A DNA stretch of 64,000 nucleotides from Bacteroidota bacterium (GCA_029262835.1 JAJCYQ010000003.1:13507-77506), one strand, 5' to 3'. Shown: positions 1-10,209, counted from the first letter of the stretch. Notes: generated by a model not told the origin, from the letters alone. Numbers and translations: made by a program.

Positions 1-1588
1 CGCAGGCATTGTCTACGCCGGCGTGAACGGGGGCTCGGGGGGCGGCAGTTCAGGCGGCACCTGCACCATATACCGCTCGCGCGGCAATGCCAACCTATGG
101 ACGTGCGTCGAGCCGGTCACCGATCCGGTATCGGTCACGTCCCTTCTGGTAGATGCATCGGGCCGCGTCCACGCGGGCGGCTTCCGCCACGTGTTTACAT
201 CCATCGATGAGGGCAACGCCTGGACGGCTCGCGTTGTCGCGCCGACAACGATCGGCGCGCTAGCTGAAACGGCCGCAGGCGAGCTTGTCGCAGGCACGAC
301 CGGCGCGGGTATGTATAAATTTACACCTGCCACGGCGACGTGGAATCCCTGGCAGCTCGGACTGTTTGCGCCCATCCGGGATATCCTCGTTTTGGAGGAC
401 CGGGCGGTCGCAGCGACCGAGGGTGGTGTTTTTTACACCTCCGACGAGGGCCGCACCTGGCAGCGCTTCAGCGCCGAAAGCCCCCTCCTGATCGATACGC
501 GCGAGCTTGCCGTTGACGCCGACGGCCGCCTCCTGGCGGGCACGGTATCGGGCGTATGGCGCTTGTTGGAATCGGGAGGTGCGGGTACTGGCGTGGATGG
601 AGAAGGTGCCTGGGAGTTCCTGGGCCCGGCCGCGGGACTTCGGATTGGGGCGCTCACCGTGGGCCCGGGTGGCCGCGTCTGGATTGGCTACCACTCGGGC
701 GTCCAGTTCATGTCGCCGGGCGGCAGCTGGACGGTCATGCCCATCCAGGGCGACGACGGGGCGTTTCGAGACGTTGGCGCGATCGGTGTCATGGAAAATG
801 GCTCCCTGATCGCGGGCGCCGCGTGGGACTCGTGGCGCCTTGCGGCGGCCCAGGTCCCGAGCACCCCGAGCGGCGCGGTCATGGCGCCGTGGAGCCTCGT
901 ATCGACCAGTGAACTGCCCTGGTTTGACATCCAGACTATGGCCGTCCAGGGCAACCGCGTCCTGGCCGGCACCCGCTTTTCGGGCGTTCTCGAAACCACC
1001 GATGGAGGCGCCACCTGGCGGCAGGCCGCCCCGGGGCTCGGCGGGCAGGAGGACGTGCAGGACATGGCGTTCGACCGCTTCGGAAACCCCTTCATTGCCA
1101 CGTTCGGGAGCGGCGTCTTCCAGCTCAGTCCGTTCACGCGCCAGTGGATACCAGCCAATACCGGCCTCGGCCCGAACCTGCGCATCCGCTCGATCGCTTT
1201 CGACTCGGCCGGCAACGCCTGGCTCGGCACGGTGAGCGGCGGCCTGTTCGCGCACCTGGTGACGAGCGTCGGCGTGGAGGACGGTGCGGACCTTCCGGGC
1301 GCCGAGCAGCCGTCCCTTTCCATCTGGCCAAACCCGGCGAGGGCGCATGTGAATGTAGCCCTTCGGGGCGCCGTGGTCAGCGGCGGCCTGGCCGGTGGCG
1401 CGCCGGCGCCAGGCGCCGACATTGAAGTCTATGACGCGCTCGGCCGCCGCGTGCTGTCGGCCCCGGGCGCGGCCCGTCTCGCTGGCGGTCAGCACGCCGC
1501 GTATCGCCTCTCAACGGGCCACCTCGCGCCCGGCCTCTACTTCGTGCGCATCGGCTCCTTGACGGGGCGGTTTTTGATTTCGAGGTAG
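1..1588 (+). CDS. T9SS-secreted beta-propeller protein (BNR/two-component-regulator-propeller-like repeats), 5' end outside window
   Basis: Frame is open from the window start. Asp-box-like repeats SxDEGxxW (SIDEGNAW, TSDEGRTW, TTDGGATW). C-terminal T9SS CTD signature (IWPNPA...IEVYDALGRRV...PGLYFVRI). Confidence 0.8.
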   Translation, partial: AGIVYAGVNGGSGGGSSGGTCTIYRSRGNANLWTCVEPVTDPVSVTSLLVDASGRVHAGGFRHVFTSIDEGNAWTARVVAPTTIGALAETAAGELVAGTTGAGMYKFTPATATWNPWQLGLFAPIRDILVLEDRAVAATEGGVFYTSDEGRTWQRFSAESPLLIDTRELAVDADGRLLAGTVSGVWRLLESGGAGTGVDGEGAWEFLGPAAGLRIGALTVGPGGRVWIGYHSGVQFMSPGGSWTVMPIQGDDGAFRDVGAIGVMENGSLIAGAAWDSWRLAAAQVPSTPSGAVMAPWSLVSTSELPWFDIQTMAVQGNRVLAGTRFSGVLETTDGGATWRQAAPGLGGQEDVQDMAFDRFGNPFIATFGSGVFQLSPFTRQWIPANTGLGPNLRIRSIAFDSAGNAWLGTVSGGLFAHLVTSVGVEDGADLPGAEQPSLSIWPNPARAHVNVALRGAVVSGGLAGGAPAPGADIEVYDALGRRVLSAPGAARLAGGQHAAYRLSTGHLAPGLYFVRIGSLTGRFLISR

Positions 1589-1743
1589 TCTGGGCGGCCC
1601 ATTCACCACAGAATGCCCATGCGCCACAGGGCGGGCCGTCATCGTGTGTTGGCGCGATCCGTTCGCGTCATGACTGTTCCGACCGCCCATCCATCGGCAT
1701 ACCTTCGGTTCGTTCCTGTCAACGAACCAAACAAGGTATCTGC

Positions 1744-2241
1744 ATGACCATGTTCACGAAAAGCCGCGACATCGCGGTTCCGATTGGCGACGCGTGGAAG
1801 ACGCTCTCCAATCTCGGAGACATTTATCGCTTTCACCCAGGCGTATCGAAATCATACTACACATCCGGGAAGAAGCAGGGGGTCGGAGCGGCCCGGATAT
1901 GCGAACTGCAACCGGCTGGCAAAATCAAGGAAACGGCCACATCCTGGGAGGAAGGCCGTGGATTTACGCTTCAAATCGATCCCATCGAGAAGGCCCCACC
2001 CGTCAAGAACTTCACCGGTCAGTTTCGCCTCTCTCCACTCGATGCCGGACGAACACGAGTTGATCTCGTGATCCGATACGACATGAAGTTGGGACTCGTC
2101 GGTAATCTATTGAACGTACTGGTTATCCGATCCAAGATGGAGGAAGGTATTGAAGTACTTCTTGACGGTATGAAGGTGCATCTCGAACAGGGAGTCGATG
2201 TCCCCAATGTCAAATCACTCAAGAAACTTGTTGCAGCGTGA
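1744..2241 (+). CDS. SRPBCC (START/polyketide cyclase-like) family protein
   Basis: 165 aa; AWKTLSNLGDIYRFHPGV..GVGAARIC pattern and C-terminal long helix typical of SRPBCC. Confidence 0.75.
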   Translation: MTMFTKSRDIAVPIGDAWKTLSNLGDIYRFHPGVSKSYYTSGKKQGVGAARICELQPAGKIKETATSWEEGRGFTLQIDPIEKAPPVKNFTGQFRLSPLDAGRTRVDLVIRYDMKLGLVGNLLNVLVIRSKMEEGIEVLLDGMKVHLEQGVDVPNVKSLKKLVAA

Positions 2242-2265
2242 TCGAAATCATACGGGAAAACTTTC

Positions 2266-3024
2266 ATGCAACTTGAAAACCTGACGGCCGTCATCACGGG
2301 CGGCAACAGTGGCATTGGCTTTGGTGTTGCACAGGCGTTTGCACGCGAGGGAGCCGGTGGGGCCATCCTCGGGCGAAACCTCGAAACCCTTGCCGAGGCG
2401 GAGCGGGCCCTTGGGGGCCGCTTCGTCTCCCGCCGGTGCGACGTAACAAGGACCAGTGAGCTGGAATTGACGTTCCGGAAGCTGAGGTCGGAAATTGGGG
2501 AGGCGGACATCCTCGTCGTGAACGCTGGCGGTGCCATCGGCCCTGGCACCCTCGGCTCGATTGACGAAGTTGGAGAAAAACAGTTCGATGCCATGATGGC
2601 CCTCAATCTGAAAAGTGTTTTTTTTACAGTTCAGAAGGCCCTTCCCATGCTGAAGGATGACAGTAGTATCATTCTCGTGTCTTCGATTGCGGCGCACCGA
2701 GCATTTCCGGGAATGGCCGTCTACAGCGCCGCCAAGGCGGGTGTTCGGGCTCTGGCCAGAAATCTGTCGCTGGACCTTCGTCATCGAAAGATTCGCGTGA
2801 ATGTACTCAGCCCGGGAACGGTCAGGACACCGGTTTTCGAAAGAATGGGCCTCGATGAAAACGCTGCAGATGCAGTTCTTGAGCACTTTTCGGATATCAT
2901 TCCGGCGGGTCGCACGGGAGTGCCGGAAGACATGGGGCACGCAGCGGTCTACTTGGCGTCGAGGGCTTCCTCTTTTCTGCTCGGATCCGAGTTGATTGCT
3001 GATGGAGGAGTACTCAGTCAGTGA
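2266..3024 (+). CDS. SDR family oxidoreductase
   Basis: TGGNSGIG, NAG, YSAAK, PG motifs. Confidence 0.92.
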   Translation: MQLENLTAVITGGNSGIGFGVAQAFAREGAGGAILGRNLETLAEAERALGGRFVSRRCDVTRTSELELTFRKLRSEIGEADILVVNAGGAIGPGTLGSIDEVGEKQFDAMMALNLKSVFFTVQKALPMLKDDSSIILVSSIAAHRAFPGMAVYSAAKAGVRALARNLSLDLRHRKIRVNVLSPGTVRTPVFERMGLDENAADAVLEHFSDIIPAGRTGVPEDMGHAAVYLASRASSFLLGSELIADGGVLSQ

Positions 3025-4808
3025 CCGCGCGCACCACATACGATCGCATTCTCGTGCTCCCGTTTGAGGTGGAGGACGGTCGCCAGGGCGCTGCCTGGCA
3101 TGGCACTGGAATGATGGATGAACTGATTGAACGACTGGGTGCAATTTCCGGTCTACAACCCGAGTCCCGCACGACGAGTGTGTACGTCGCCGCCCACATT
3201 CAACCCGTCCGGCGCCTCATGGAGTCGTATGGAATTGATTGGGTCCTTCGTGGGCGGTTAGTCGACGATCGGCGTCTCGTTGCCCACCTGTACGGGTCGG
3301 AGAGCCGGCACGCGATGGCCGATTTTCACATTGACATGGATCCGCAGCGTTGGACTTCTGCGGCCGGAGAACTTGTACGTCAGTTGCTTCCGCACATTCT
3401 ATCTGCTCGGGGATCAAGTGCGGCAGCTCTCGAAGAACGGTTGCGCGGACAGACATTCGGAGACGATCGTTTGACGCGCGAGCGGGAATATTATAGACAG
3501 GGTATTCTTCACTGGCATCGATACACGCTCGAGGAAATGCGTGTTGCTATCGGACTATTTCAGCGTGCATTGGAGGAGTCGCCTGACTTTGCGGCGGCAC
3601 ATGCGGCGATGGCCGACTGCTATACGGTCATCGGAACCATGGGATATGAATCTCCGCGTCAGGCCTTCCGACGTGCCTTTGATAAGGCACGCCGTGCGCT
3701 TGAACTCGATGATGCCCGATCGGAATCCTATGTGTCGATGGCACTTGTGCATCTGTTCCATGGTCGCAACCTGGGCCGGGCAGCAAACGATCTGCAACAG
3801 GCGCTGCGGCTGAATCCAACGAATGAAAAAGCACAGCATGCCATGGCTATGCTGTCCATCCATCGTCGTGCGCTCGACGACGCTGAGGTTCATGCTGCAG
3901 ATACACTAGCCATAAACCCGTTGTCGATTCCCCACTATGCCATGATGGTACGTATCCAGTTGTATAGAAAGGCGTGGGCCGACGCGATGGACTGGATCAA
4001 TGCAGCGCTGAGCATTGAGGAAGAGGTGTCTGCCATCGTCGAGCTTAGAGGATTTCTGCACCTGCTCGAAGGGAAAATCGACGCGGCGATCACGGATTTC
4101 CGTTTCTGTGTGGATGCGGAGCCGGCTTCGCCGCTGGCTCGCGCCAATCTGGCCATGGCGCTGGGTCGAGCTGGACTGCACGATAGGATGAGAGAGCAGG
4201 TGAGGGCATTGGATCGGCTCCCGCACCCCCGTGATACGGGAATCCACGACTACGCCATGAGTCTCGTCGAGTTGGGTCGGGGAAATCTGTCCGCAGCACT
4301 GAATCACCTGGAGGATGCTGTTGCCTCGGGGCTGGGAATGGTACCCGGGGAGCTCAGATGCAATGCACTGTTCGATCCCCTTCGATCGTACGAGCGCTTT
4401 CAGGCTCTTCTCGTCTCGTGTGGCATTGCGGAAGGAGTATCGATCCATGGGCGCCAGACGTCCCTCGTCACGCTGACGACGCTGACGAGTGAGGAATTCA
4501 GGATCGATCCACAGGACATTGTATTCGTACAGGCAGATGATAATTATTGTACGGTCGTACATACTGGAAGTGGTCATCTCGAAAGAAAATTGCTACGCGT
4601 CACGCTGGCAGCATTGGAACGGCAACTGGTACCGTTCAAACGGTTCGTTCGGGTGCATCGCTCGTTTCTCGTGAACATGGAGCAGGAATTTCGCCTGGAA
4701 GGACCGCTACGATCTGCCCGTCTGGTCCACGGAGCGCTTCCGGACGTGATACCCGTGTCGCGTCACCGATATGAGGGGGTACGTGCAGGATTCAAGCAGC
4801 TGAAATAA
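3021..4808 (+). CDS. TolB_N-like/TPR repeat protein with C-terminal LytTR DNA-binding domain
   Basis: N-terminal ILVLPF...GMMDELIERL motif; TPRs (FQRALEESPDFAAAHA, ALRLNP); C-terminal LytTR (IVFVQADDNYC...FVRVHRSFLVN...IPVSR). GTGA overlap with the SDR gene. Confidence 0.85.
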   Translation: MTARTTYDRILVLPFEVEDGRQGAAWHGTGMMDELIERLGAISGLQPESRTTSVYVAAHIQPVRRLMESYGIDWVLRGRLVDDRRLVAHLYGSESRHAMADFHIDMDPQRWTSAAGELVRQLLPHILSARGSSAAALEERLRGQTFGDDRLTREREYYRQGILHWHRYTLEEMRVAIGLFQRALEESPDFAAAHAAMADCYTVIGTMGYESPRQAFRRAFDKARRALELDDARSESYVSMALVHLFHGRNLGRAANDLQQALRLNPTNEKAQHAMAMLSIHRRALDDAEVHAADTLAINPLSIPHYAMMVRIQLYRKAWADAMDWINAALSIEEEVSAIVELRGFLHLLEGKIDAAITDFRFCVDAEPASPLARANLAMALGRAGLHDRMREQVRALDRLPHPRDTGIHDYAMSLVELGRGNLSAALNHLEDAVASGLGMVPGELRCNALFDPLRSYERFQALLVSCGIAEGVSIHGRQTSLVTLTTLTSEEFRIDPQDIVFVQADDNYCTVVHTGSGHLERKLLRVTLAALERQLVPFKRFVRVHRSFLVNMEQEFRLEGPLRSARLVHGALPDVIPVSRHRYEGVRAGFKQLK

Positions 4809-4831
4809 ATGTAACAATCATTGTTACATTT
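4807..4831. promoter_or_regulatory. perfect 12-bp inverted repeat (operator or terminator candidate)
   Basis: AAATGTAACAAT-C-ATTGTTACATTT immediately after the LytTR gene stop. Confidence 0.55.
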
Positions 4832-4972
4832 CAGTTCGTCCCGCGAAAAAGCCCGTTCGCGTCATGAAACGGCGCTTTGGGCGAACTTCCTGACCGGCGA
4901 AGCCGTGCGCGGCGTACCTTCGGGCCTTTCTTGCACCCACACACCGCCATGCGTTGCATCCACAGGTATTCC

Positions 4973-6742
4973 ATGCGTCCAGTCGCCGCGCCCGGCTGGG
5001 CACCAACTGCACTCCTTGCCCTCGCCTTCACGGCCGCTGCCACGTGGGCGGCTCCCGATGCACTCGCCCAGCAGGCGGAGTTCCGGGCCGCGCTGGGCAT
5101 GCTGGGCCAGGGCAATACGGAGGGAGCCACGCAGGCGCTTGAGGCGCTGACAGACGCGTACCCGACGTTTGTGCCCGCGTGGAATACGCTTGGCCGCACG
5201 CACATGCAGGCGGGGCGCCACGCCGAGGCGCTCGCGGCCTACGAAAAGGCGCACGCGCTTGCTGCGACGCCGGCGAGCGAGTTGAACGTGGGCGCGGCGC
5301 TCGCCATGACGGGCCGGATGGATGCGGCGTTTGAACATATTCTGGCCGCCGCCGGCAGCGGGCAGGTCGATATTACAGCGCTCGCGCAGGGCCCAGCCGC
5401 GAACGCGCTTCGGAAGGATCCCCGGTGGGCCGATGTCTGGCCGACCGATGAGGAATTTGCGTATCCGTTCGCAGAGCAGGGCGTCACTGTTCTTCGCGAC
5501 TGGCAGGGCGAAGGGCAGGGCGACGTGTTCGGCTGGATTGCGCGCAGTATTGGCGACGTGGATGGTGACGGCATTGACGACGTGACGACGTCATCGAACG
5601 GCCTTGTTGAGACAGGAAATCAAAGTGGAAAAGTGTACACCTATTCCTCTGGCACGGGCGCGCTGCTCTGGACGGCGACCGGATCCGTGGCCGGCGGTCG
5701 CCTTGGAATGGGTATTGAATCTGCCGGTGATGTGAACGCGGATGGTACGCCCGACGTGGTGGCGGGTGCACCCTACGCGGGGTACGTGGAAGTCTACTCG
5801 GGTCTGGACGGAAGCGTACTTCACCGGTGGACATCGGACGACGCGACGAGCGGGTTCGGCGCCAGCGTCCGCGGCGTCGGCGATGCCGATGGCGACGGGC
5901 ACGGCGACGTCCTGGTCGGCGCGCCCATGCAGATTTTCGGCGGGCCGGTGAACGGCGGCGATACAGGCCGCGCGGGCGAGGTGCGGCTCTACTCGGGCGC
6001 ATCGGGCCGCGTGCTGCTGACGCTTCGAGGTGAGCCCGGCGAGGCCTTCGGCGCGAACGTGCACGGCAGCACCGTGCAAATGCACCGCGCGGATGGATCG
6101 ATCGATGTCAAAACCTGGCTCATGGTGGGCGCCCCAGGCGCTGAAGGCGGTGGGGAAGTACATATTTACACCCCATCAGCGTTTGCCGCGAGAGGCGCTG
6201 CGGATGCGTCGGCGCCCACCCCAACGTTCACGCTGCGCCCCGGCACGGAGGGGGCGGCGCAGTTCGGGGCCATGTTCATGTCGGTAGTCGGCGATGTGGA
6301 TGCGGACGGATACCCGGATTTCTATGTTGCCGACTGGGGCGACAACGCGGCCGCGCAGGGCGCCGGCCGGATCCACGTGTTTTCAGGTCGTGATGGCGCC
6401 AAGCTGTTCGATCGCGTGGGCGAGGCGGCCGGCGATGGGTTCGGAATCGGGGTTGCGCAGGCGGGGGACGTCAACAAGGACGGGCATGACGACCTGATTG
6501 TCGGCGCCTGGCAGCACGCCTCCGAGGCGGCCAGTGGCGGCAAGCTCTACGTTATTTCGGGCCGCGACGAGCGCCTGCTGCGCACCATCACCGGAAACGT
6601 GCCCGGCGAAACGCTTGGGTTCGATGCCACGAATGTCGGCGACGTCGACGGCGACGGGACGGTCGATTTTCTCGTGACATCCGCCTACAGCGCCGTGAAT
6701 GGCTACCGAAGCGGCCGCGTGATGATTATTTCCGGGCGGTGA
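4973..6742 (+). CDS. secreted TPR + FG-GAP (integrin alpha beta-propeller) repeat protein
   Basis: Signal peptide (..ALA-QQ), N-terminal TPRs, multiple GDVxxDGxxD + GAP repeats. Start chosen at ATG 4973 (ATG 4949 also possible). Confidence 0.85.
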   Translation: MRPVAAPGWAPTALLALAFTAAATWAAPDALAQQAEFRAALGMLGQGNTEGATQALEALTDAYPTFVPAWNTLGRTHMQAGRHAEALAAYEKAHALAATPASELNVGAALAMTGRMDAAFEHILAAAGSGQVDITALAQGPAANALRKDPRWADVWPTDEEFAYPFAEQGVTVLRDWQGEGQGDVFGWIARSIGDVDGDGIDDVTTSSNGLVETGNQSGKVYTYSSGTGALLWTATGSVAGGRLGMGIESAGDVNADGTPDVVAGAPYAGYVEVYSGLDGSVLHRWTSDDATSGFGASVRGVGDADGDGHGDVLVGAPMQIFGGPVNGGDTGRAGEVRLYSGASGRVLLTLRGEPGEAFGANVHGSTVQMHRADGSIDVKTWLMVGAPGAEGGGEVHIYTPSAFAARGAADASAPTPTFTLRPGTEGAAQFGAMFMSVVGDVDADGYPDFYVADWGDNAAAQGAGRIHVFSGRDGAKLFDRVGEAAGDGFGIGVAQAGDVNKDGHDDLIVGAWQHASEAASGGKLYVISGRDERLLRTITGNVPGETLGFDATNVGDVDGDGTVDFLVTSAYSAVNGYRSGRVMIISGR

Positions 6743-6751
6743 GGGCCTGTG

Positions 6752-6795
6752 CGCCTGGGATCGCCCACCTGCCCGCCTGGGATCGCCCACCTGCC
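6752..6795. repeat. 22-bp tandem duplication
   Basis: CGCCTGGGATCGCCCACCTGCC x2 in the convergent intergenic gap. Confidence 0.85.
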
Positions 6796-6842
6796 ACCGC
6801 CCACCGGCCACTCGGGGCTCTCGTGCGTCGTGTAAACACGCC

Positions 6843-7391
6843 TCAGATGAAATCGCTCAAGGCGACCTCGACCCCGGGCAGTAATTCCGGCCGAATGGCG
6901 AGGCCCTCGCAGAAGGACCGGCAGCGGAGGTAGCCATCTCCTGACGGCTCGGTGTAGACGTCTACGCGCCGGGCGGCCACATCGACCAGCCATACCTCAG
7001 GGATACCCACAGCGGCGTAGGTCGGTAATTTTACGCGGCGATCGTGCGCCCGGGACGAGTCGGAGACTTCTACGAGCAGCAGCACATCCTCCGGTCCTGC
7101 CGATTGCCTGCGGTACCCGTCGTCGCGGGGGCGCAGTACCATAATATCCGGCTCGGGCTCGGAATAGTCGTCGAGGCGGACGGGACCCTGGACGCGAATG
7201 CGTATGCGTGATCCACTGGCGTTGCTGTCCAAGGAACGACTCAGCGCCCTGGACAGGTCATCTACACACGCGGCGTGCCTGATTCCAATGGGTGACATGC
7301 GGACAATTTCTCCGTGGATCAATTCCACCCGGTCGTCCGGCGTGAGCACGCCCTGGCGGGCCAGATCATGATATTGCGTCGTCGTAATCAT
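6843..7391 (-). CDS. Uma2 family (PD-(D/E)xK) endonuclease
   Basis: RVELIHGEIVRMSPIG..H, EPEPDI, LVEVSDSS..DR..K..YA..GIPEVWLVD. Start trimmed to ATG 7391 because the longer ORF runs into the riboswitch. Confidence 0.9.
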   Translation of the reverse strand: MITTTQYHDLARQGVLTPDDRVELIHGEIVRMSPIGIRHAACVDDLSRALSRSLDSNASGSRIRIRVQGPVRLDDYSEPEPDIMVLRPRDDGYRRQSAGPEDVLLLVEVSDSSRAHDRRVKLPTYAAVGIPEVWLVDVAARRVDVYTEPSGDGYLRCRSFCEGLAIRPELLPGVEVALSDFI

Positions 7392-7477
7392 ATCGTATTG
7401 TATTGTCACGCCACCTGTGCGGGCGGGTTCCGTGATAGACCCGGCGGAGATCGGATCGTAACCCGGCATTTCTCGAT

Positions 7478-7506
7478 TTGCACAGAACTCGGGCGCGCCG
7501 TATACT
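7478..7506 (+). promoter_or_regulatory. sigma70-type promoter of the met operon
   Basis: TTGCAC-17 bp-TATACT, placed ~7 nt before the riboswitch P1 5' strand. Confidence 0.7.
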
Positions 7507-7513
7507 TGCCGCA

Positions 7514-7658
7514 CTTCCATAAAGAACGACCGAGGGACTGGCCCTGTGACGTCGTAGCAACCGGGTTCCGGGGCGCGCAAGTGGATACCACAAACGCGCA
7601 AAACGGAACTGACCTGGTGCTAAATCCTGCTCGAAGCGAAGCTCGAGGATGATGGGAG
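7514..7658 (+). promoter_or_regulatory. SAM-I (S-box) riboswitch aptamer
   Basis: TTCCATAAAGA..GAGGGACTGGCCCTGTGA..GCAACC..GGTGCTAAATCCTGC..GATGGGA matches the SAM-I consensus; P1 TTCCAT/ATGGGA; upstream of methionine genes. Confidence 0.92.
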
Positions 7659-7688
7659 GAGGACGGCAGCCGTCGCGGCAGCCGGTGC

Positions 7689-7717
7689 ACCCTCCCCACT
7701 ATCCGGGAGGGTTTTTT
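7689..7717 (+). terminator. riboswitch expression-platform intrinsic terminator
   Basis: ACCCTCCC...GGGAGGGT hairpin followed by a T tract, between the aptamer and metB. Confidence 0.8.
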
Positions 7718-7859
7718 CGTTTTCGGGGATGATGGGAGCTGTGGGTCGGTCCAGCCGTCCCGTGGTTCCGGCACCAGGGAAGGGGGCTGCGCAGCGAGCG
7801 GGAAAGGTCTTTCGGCACAACAGGCGCTGCACGCGCCGCCGAACCGAACCCGAACCGAC

Positions 7860-9020
7860 ATGAAGCTCCAGACCCGACTCGCACTCGCCGGACAAGAAAC
7901 CGATGGTACGTACCGCAGCGTGGTGCCGCCCATCTACCAGTCGGCGATTTTCAAATTCGAGAATCCCGACACGAAACCCGACTACGACTATTCCCGCAGC
8001 GGAAACCCTGGGCGGAATGCCCTGGAGGAAGTTCTGGCCGACCTGGAAGGCGGCGCCGGGGCGGTCGCCACGTCGAGCGGCATGTCGGCGGTCACGACCG
8101 TCCTGGGCCTGTACGATGCGGATGCCCACATCCTTTGTTCGCACGACTGTTACGGCGGCACGGAGCGCCTGCTCACCGTCTGGGCGCGGCAGGGGCGGCT
8201 GAAGGTATCGTTCGTGGACCTGACAGATGTCCGCGCAGTCGAGGCGGCCATTCGGCCGGGCACCAAGGCCATCTGGGCCGAAACCCCGTCGAATCCGCTA
8301 CTGCGGATAATTGACCTGGCCGCCGTGAGCACAGTGGCGAAGCGGCACGGTCTGGAATTGATCGTCGACAACACGTTCCTGTCGCCGCTTTTCCAGCGGC
8401 CGTTCGAGTTCGGCGCGGACCTGATTGTGCATTCCACGACGAAGTATCTGAACGGCCACTCGGACATCGTGGGCGGCGCGGTGGTGGCGAGGACGGAGGA
8501 GCGGGCGGCGGACATCCGGTTCACGTCGAATGCACTTGGTTTGACCGCCGCCCCATTTGACAGTTGGTTACTGGTTCGCGGCCTGAAAACGCTCCCGCTC
8601 CGGCTCCGGCAGCACGAAGAGAATGCCTTTGCGGTGGCGCGATTTCTGGCCGAGCATGACGCGGTGGACAAAGTGTTCTACCCGGGCCTCGAAACCCATG
8701 TGGGACACGATATTGCGCGCCGGCAGCAGTCCGGGTTCGGAGGCATTGTGAGCTTTCGCCTGAAGGGCACGGGAGCGGACGCGCGCCGCGTGCTGGGCGC
8801 CACGCGCGTGTTCGCGCTGGCCGAAAGCCTGGGCGGCGTGGAATCGCTCATAGAGCAGCCGGCGACCATGAGCCACGCATCCATGCGGCCCGAGCAGCGA
8901 GCCGAAGCGGGCATCACCGAGCAGATCATCCGTCTTTCGGTGGGCATCGAAGATACGTCGGACCTGCTGGCGGACCTGGAATTGGCGCTCAGTCGGGTGG
9001 AAACGGGGGTCCTCGTCTGA
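7860..9020 (+). CDS. metB: cystathionine gamma-synthase / Cys-Met metabolism PLP enzyme
   Basis: YSRSGNP, SSGMSA, ETPSNP, VDNTF, HSTTKYLNGHSD (PLP Lys), AESLGGVES, RLSVGIED. Confidence 0.85.
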   Translation: MKLQTRLALAGQETDGTYRSVVPPIYQSAIFKFENPDTKPDYDYSRSGNPGRNALEEVLADLEGGAGAVATSSGMSAVTTVLGLYDADAHILCSHDCYGGTERLLTVWARQGRLKVSFVDLTDVRAVEAAIRPGTKAIWAETPSNPLLRIIDLAAVSTVAKRHGLELIVDNTFLSPLFQRPFEFGADLIVHSTTKYLNGHSDIVGGAVVARTEERAADIRFTSNALGLTAAPFDSWLLVRGLKTLPLRLRQHEENAFAVARFLAEHDAVDKVFYPGLETHVGHDIARRQQSGFGGIVSFRLKGTGADARRVLGATRVFALAESLGGVESLIEQPATMSHASMRPEQRAEAGITEQIIRLSVGIEDTSDLLADLELALSRVETGVLV

Positions 9021-9021
9021 C

Positions 9022-10209
9022 ATGAGCACGCTCCAGTCAAAAACTGTAAACTCCCGGCTCAGCCCGCCCCGCCAGGTGTTCTTCGCAGGCGATGTCACGC
9101 TCGAGAGCGGGCGCACGCTGAAGGGCGTCGAGGTGGCGTACGACACGTGGGGCCGACTGAACGATGCGGCAGACAACGCAATCGTGGTCTGCCATTCGCT
9201 GACGGGCGACAGCCATGTGCCGACGTGGTGGCCGGGGCTCATCGGGAGCGGCGCGCCGATCGATACGGACCGGTATTTCGTGGTATGCGCCAACATGCTC
9301 GGATCGTGCTACGGCACGACGGGGCCCTCCAGCACGAATCCGGAAACGGGCCGCCCGTACCGCGCGGACTTTCCGGTGCCCACCATCCGGGACGGGGTGC
9401 GCCTGCACCGAAGGCTCATGGATAGGCTCGGCGTTCGGCGTGTCCATGCGGCTATCGGGGGCTCGCTGGGGGGGATGCAGGTCCTTGAATGGGGATTTGA
9501 GAGGGTAGGAGCGAAGGAAAGACCAGAACTGGGCGAGCTGGAGCAGAGCGAACCCGAAGGTGACCACCGCGCGCCTGAAGGAAAACAAGATGATTCATTC
9601 AAGTCTGAGCCCTTCGTCCAGCACCTCATCCCGGTCGCCACGTCCGGGCGGCATTCGGCGTGGTGCATTGCGTGGAGCGAGAGCCAGCGGCAGGCCATTT
9701 ATGCCGATCCTGCGTGGAACGGCGGGAATTACAGCGCGGCGCATGAGCCGAGGCAGGGCCTGGGTGCTGCGCGCATGATGGCCATGTTGTCATACCGGAC
9801 GCAGGCATCGTTTGAAAGGCGCTTCGGCACGAATACGGCGACGGTGCAGTCCTATCTGCATCATCAGGGAAAGAAACTGGTGGACCGGTTCGATGCGAAC
9901 AGTTACGTGCGCCTCAGCCATTCGGCCAACACGCACGATGTGGGGCGGGGGCGGGGCAATTATAACGCGGTGCTCGCCCGTCTTACGCAGCCGACGCTCG
10001 TCATCGGGGTGGATTCAGACGTGCTGTTTCCGCTCCGCGAACAGGAAGAGCTGGCACGGATCATGCCGAATGCCGAGCTTGCCATTATTAAGTCGGAGCA
10101 CGGCCACGACGGCTTCCTGCTCGAAACTCCACAACTGGGCGCCCTCCTCCGGGATTGGCTCCGCTCGTTTGAACAGAAAATCGAAGAAACATCATGCATA
10201 TTGACCTGA
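9022..10209 (+). CDS. metX: homoserine O-acetyltransferase
   Basis: CHSLTG, GSCYGTTGP, GGSLGGMQ nucleophile, RFDANSY, HGHDGFLLE. Confidence 0.92.
   Translation: MSTLQSKTVNSRLSPPRQVFFAGDVTLESGRTLKGVEVAYDTWGRLNDAADNAIVVCHSLTGDSHVPTWWPGLIGSGAPIDTDRYFVVCANMLGSCYGTTGPSSTNPETGRPYRADFPVPTIRDGVRLHRRLMDRLGVRRVHAAIGGSLGGMQVLEWGFERVGAKERPELGELEQSEPEGDHRAPEGKQDDSFKSEPFVQHLIPVATSGRHSAWCIAWSESQRQAIYADPAWNGGNYSAAHEPRQGLGAARMMAMLSYRTQASFERRFGTNTATVQSYLHHQGKKLVDRFDANSYVRLSHSANTHDVGRGRGNYNAVLARLTQPTLVIGVDSDVLFPLREQEELARIMPNAELAIIKSEHGHDGFLLETPQLGALLRDWLRSFEQKIEETSCILT

Noticed and set aside
6752-6815. 22-bp tandem repeat as a functional array
   Set aside because: Only two full copies plus a decayed part; most simply replication slippage
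7392-7601. N-terminal extension of the Uma2 ORF
   Set aside because: Overlaps the met promoter and riboswitch on the other strand; family homology starts near 7391
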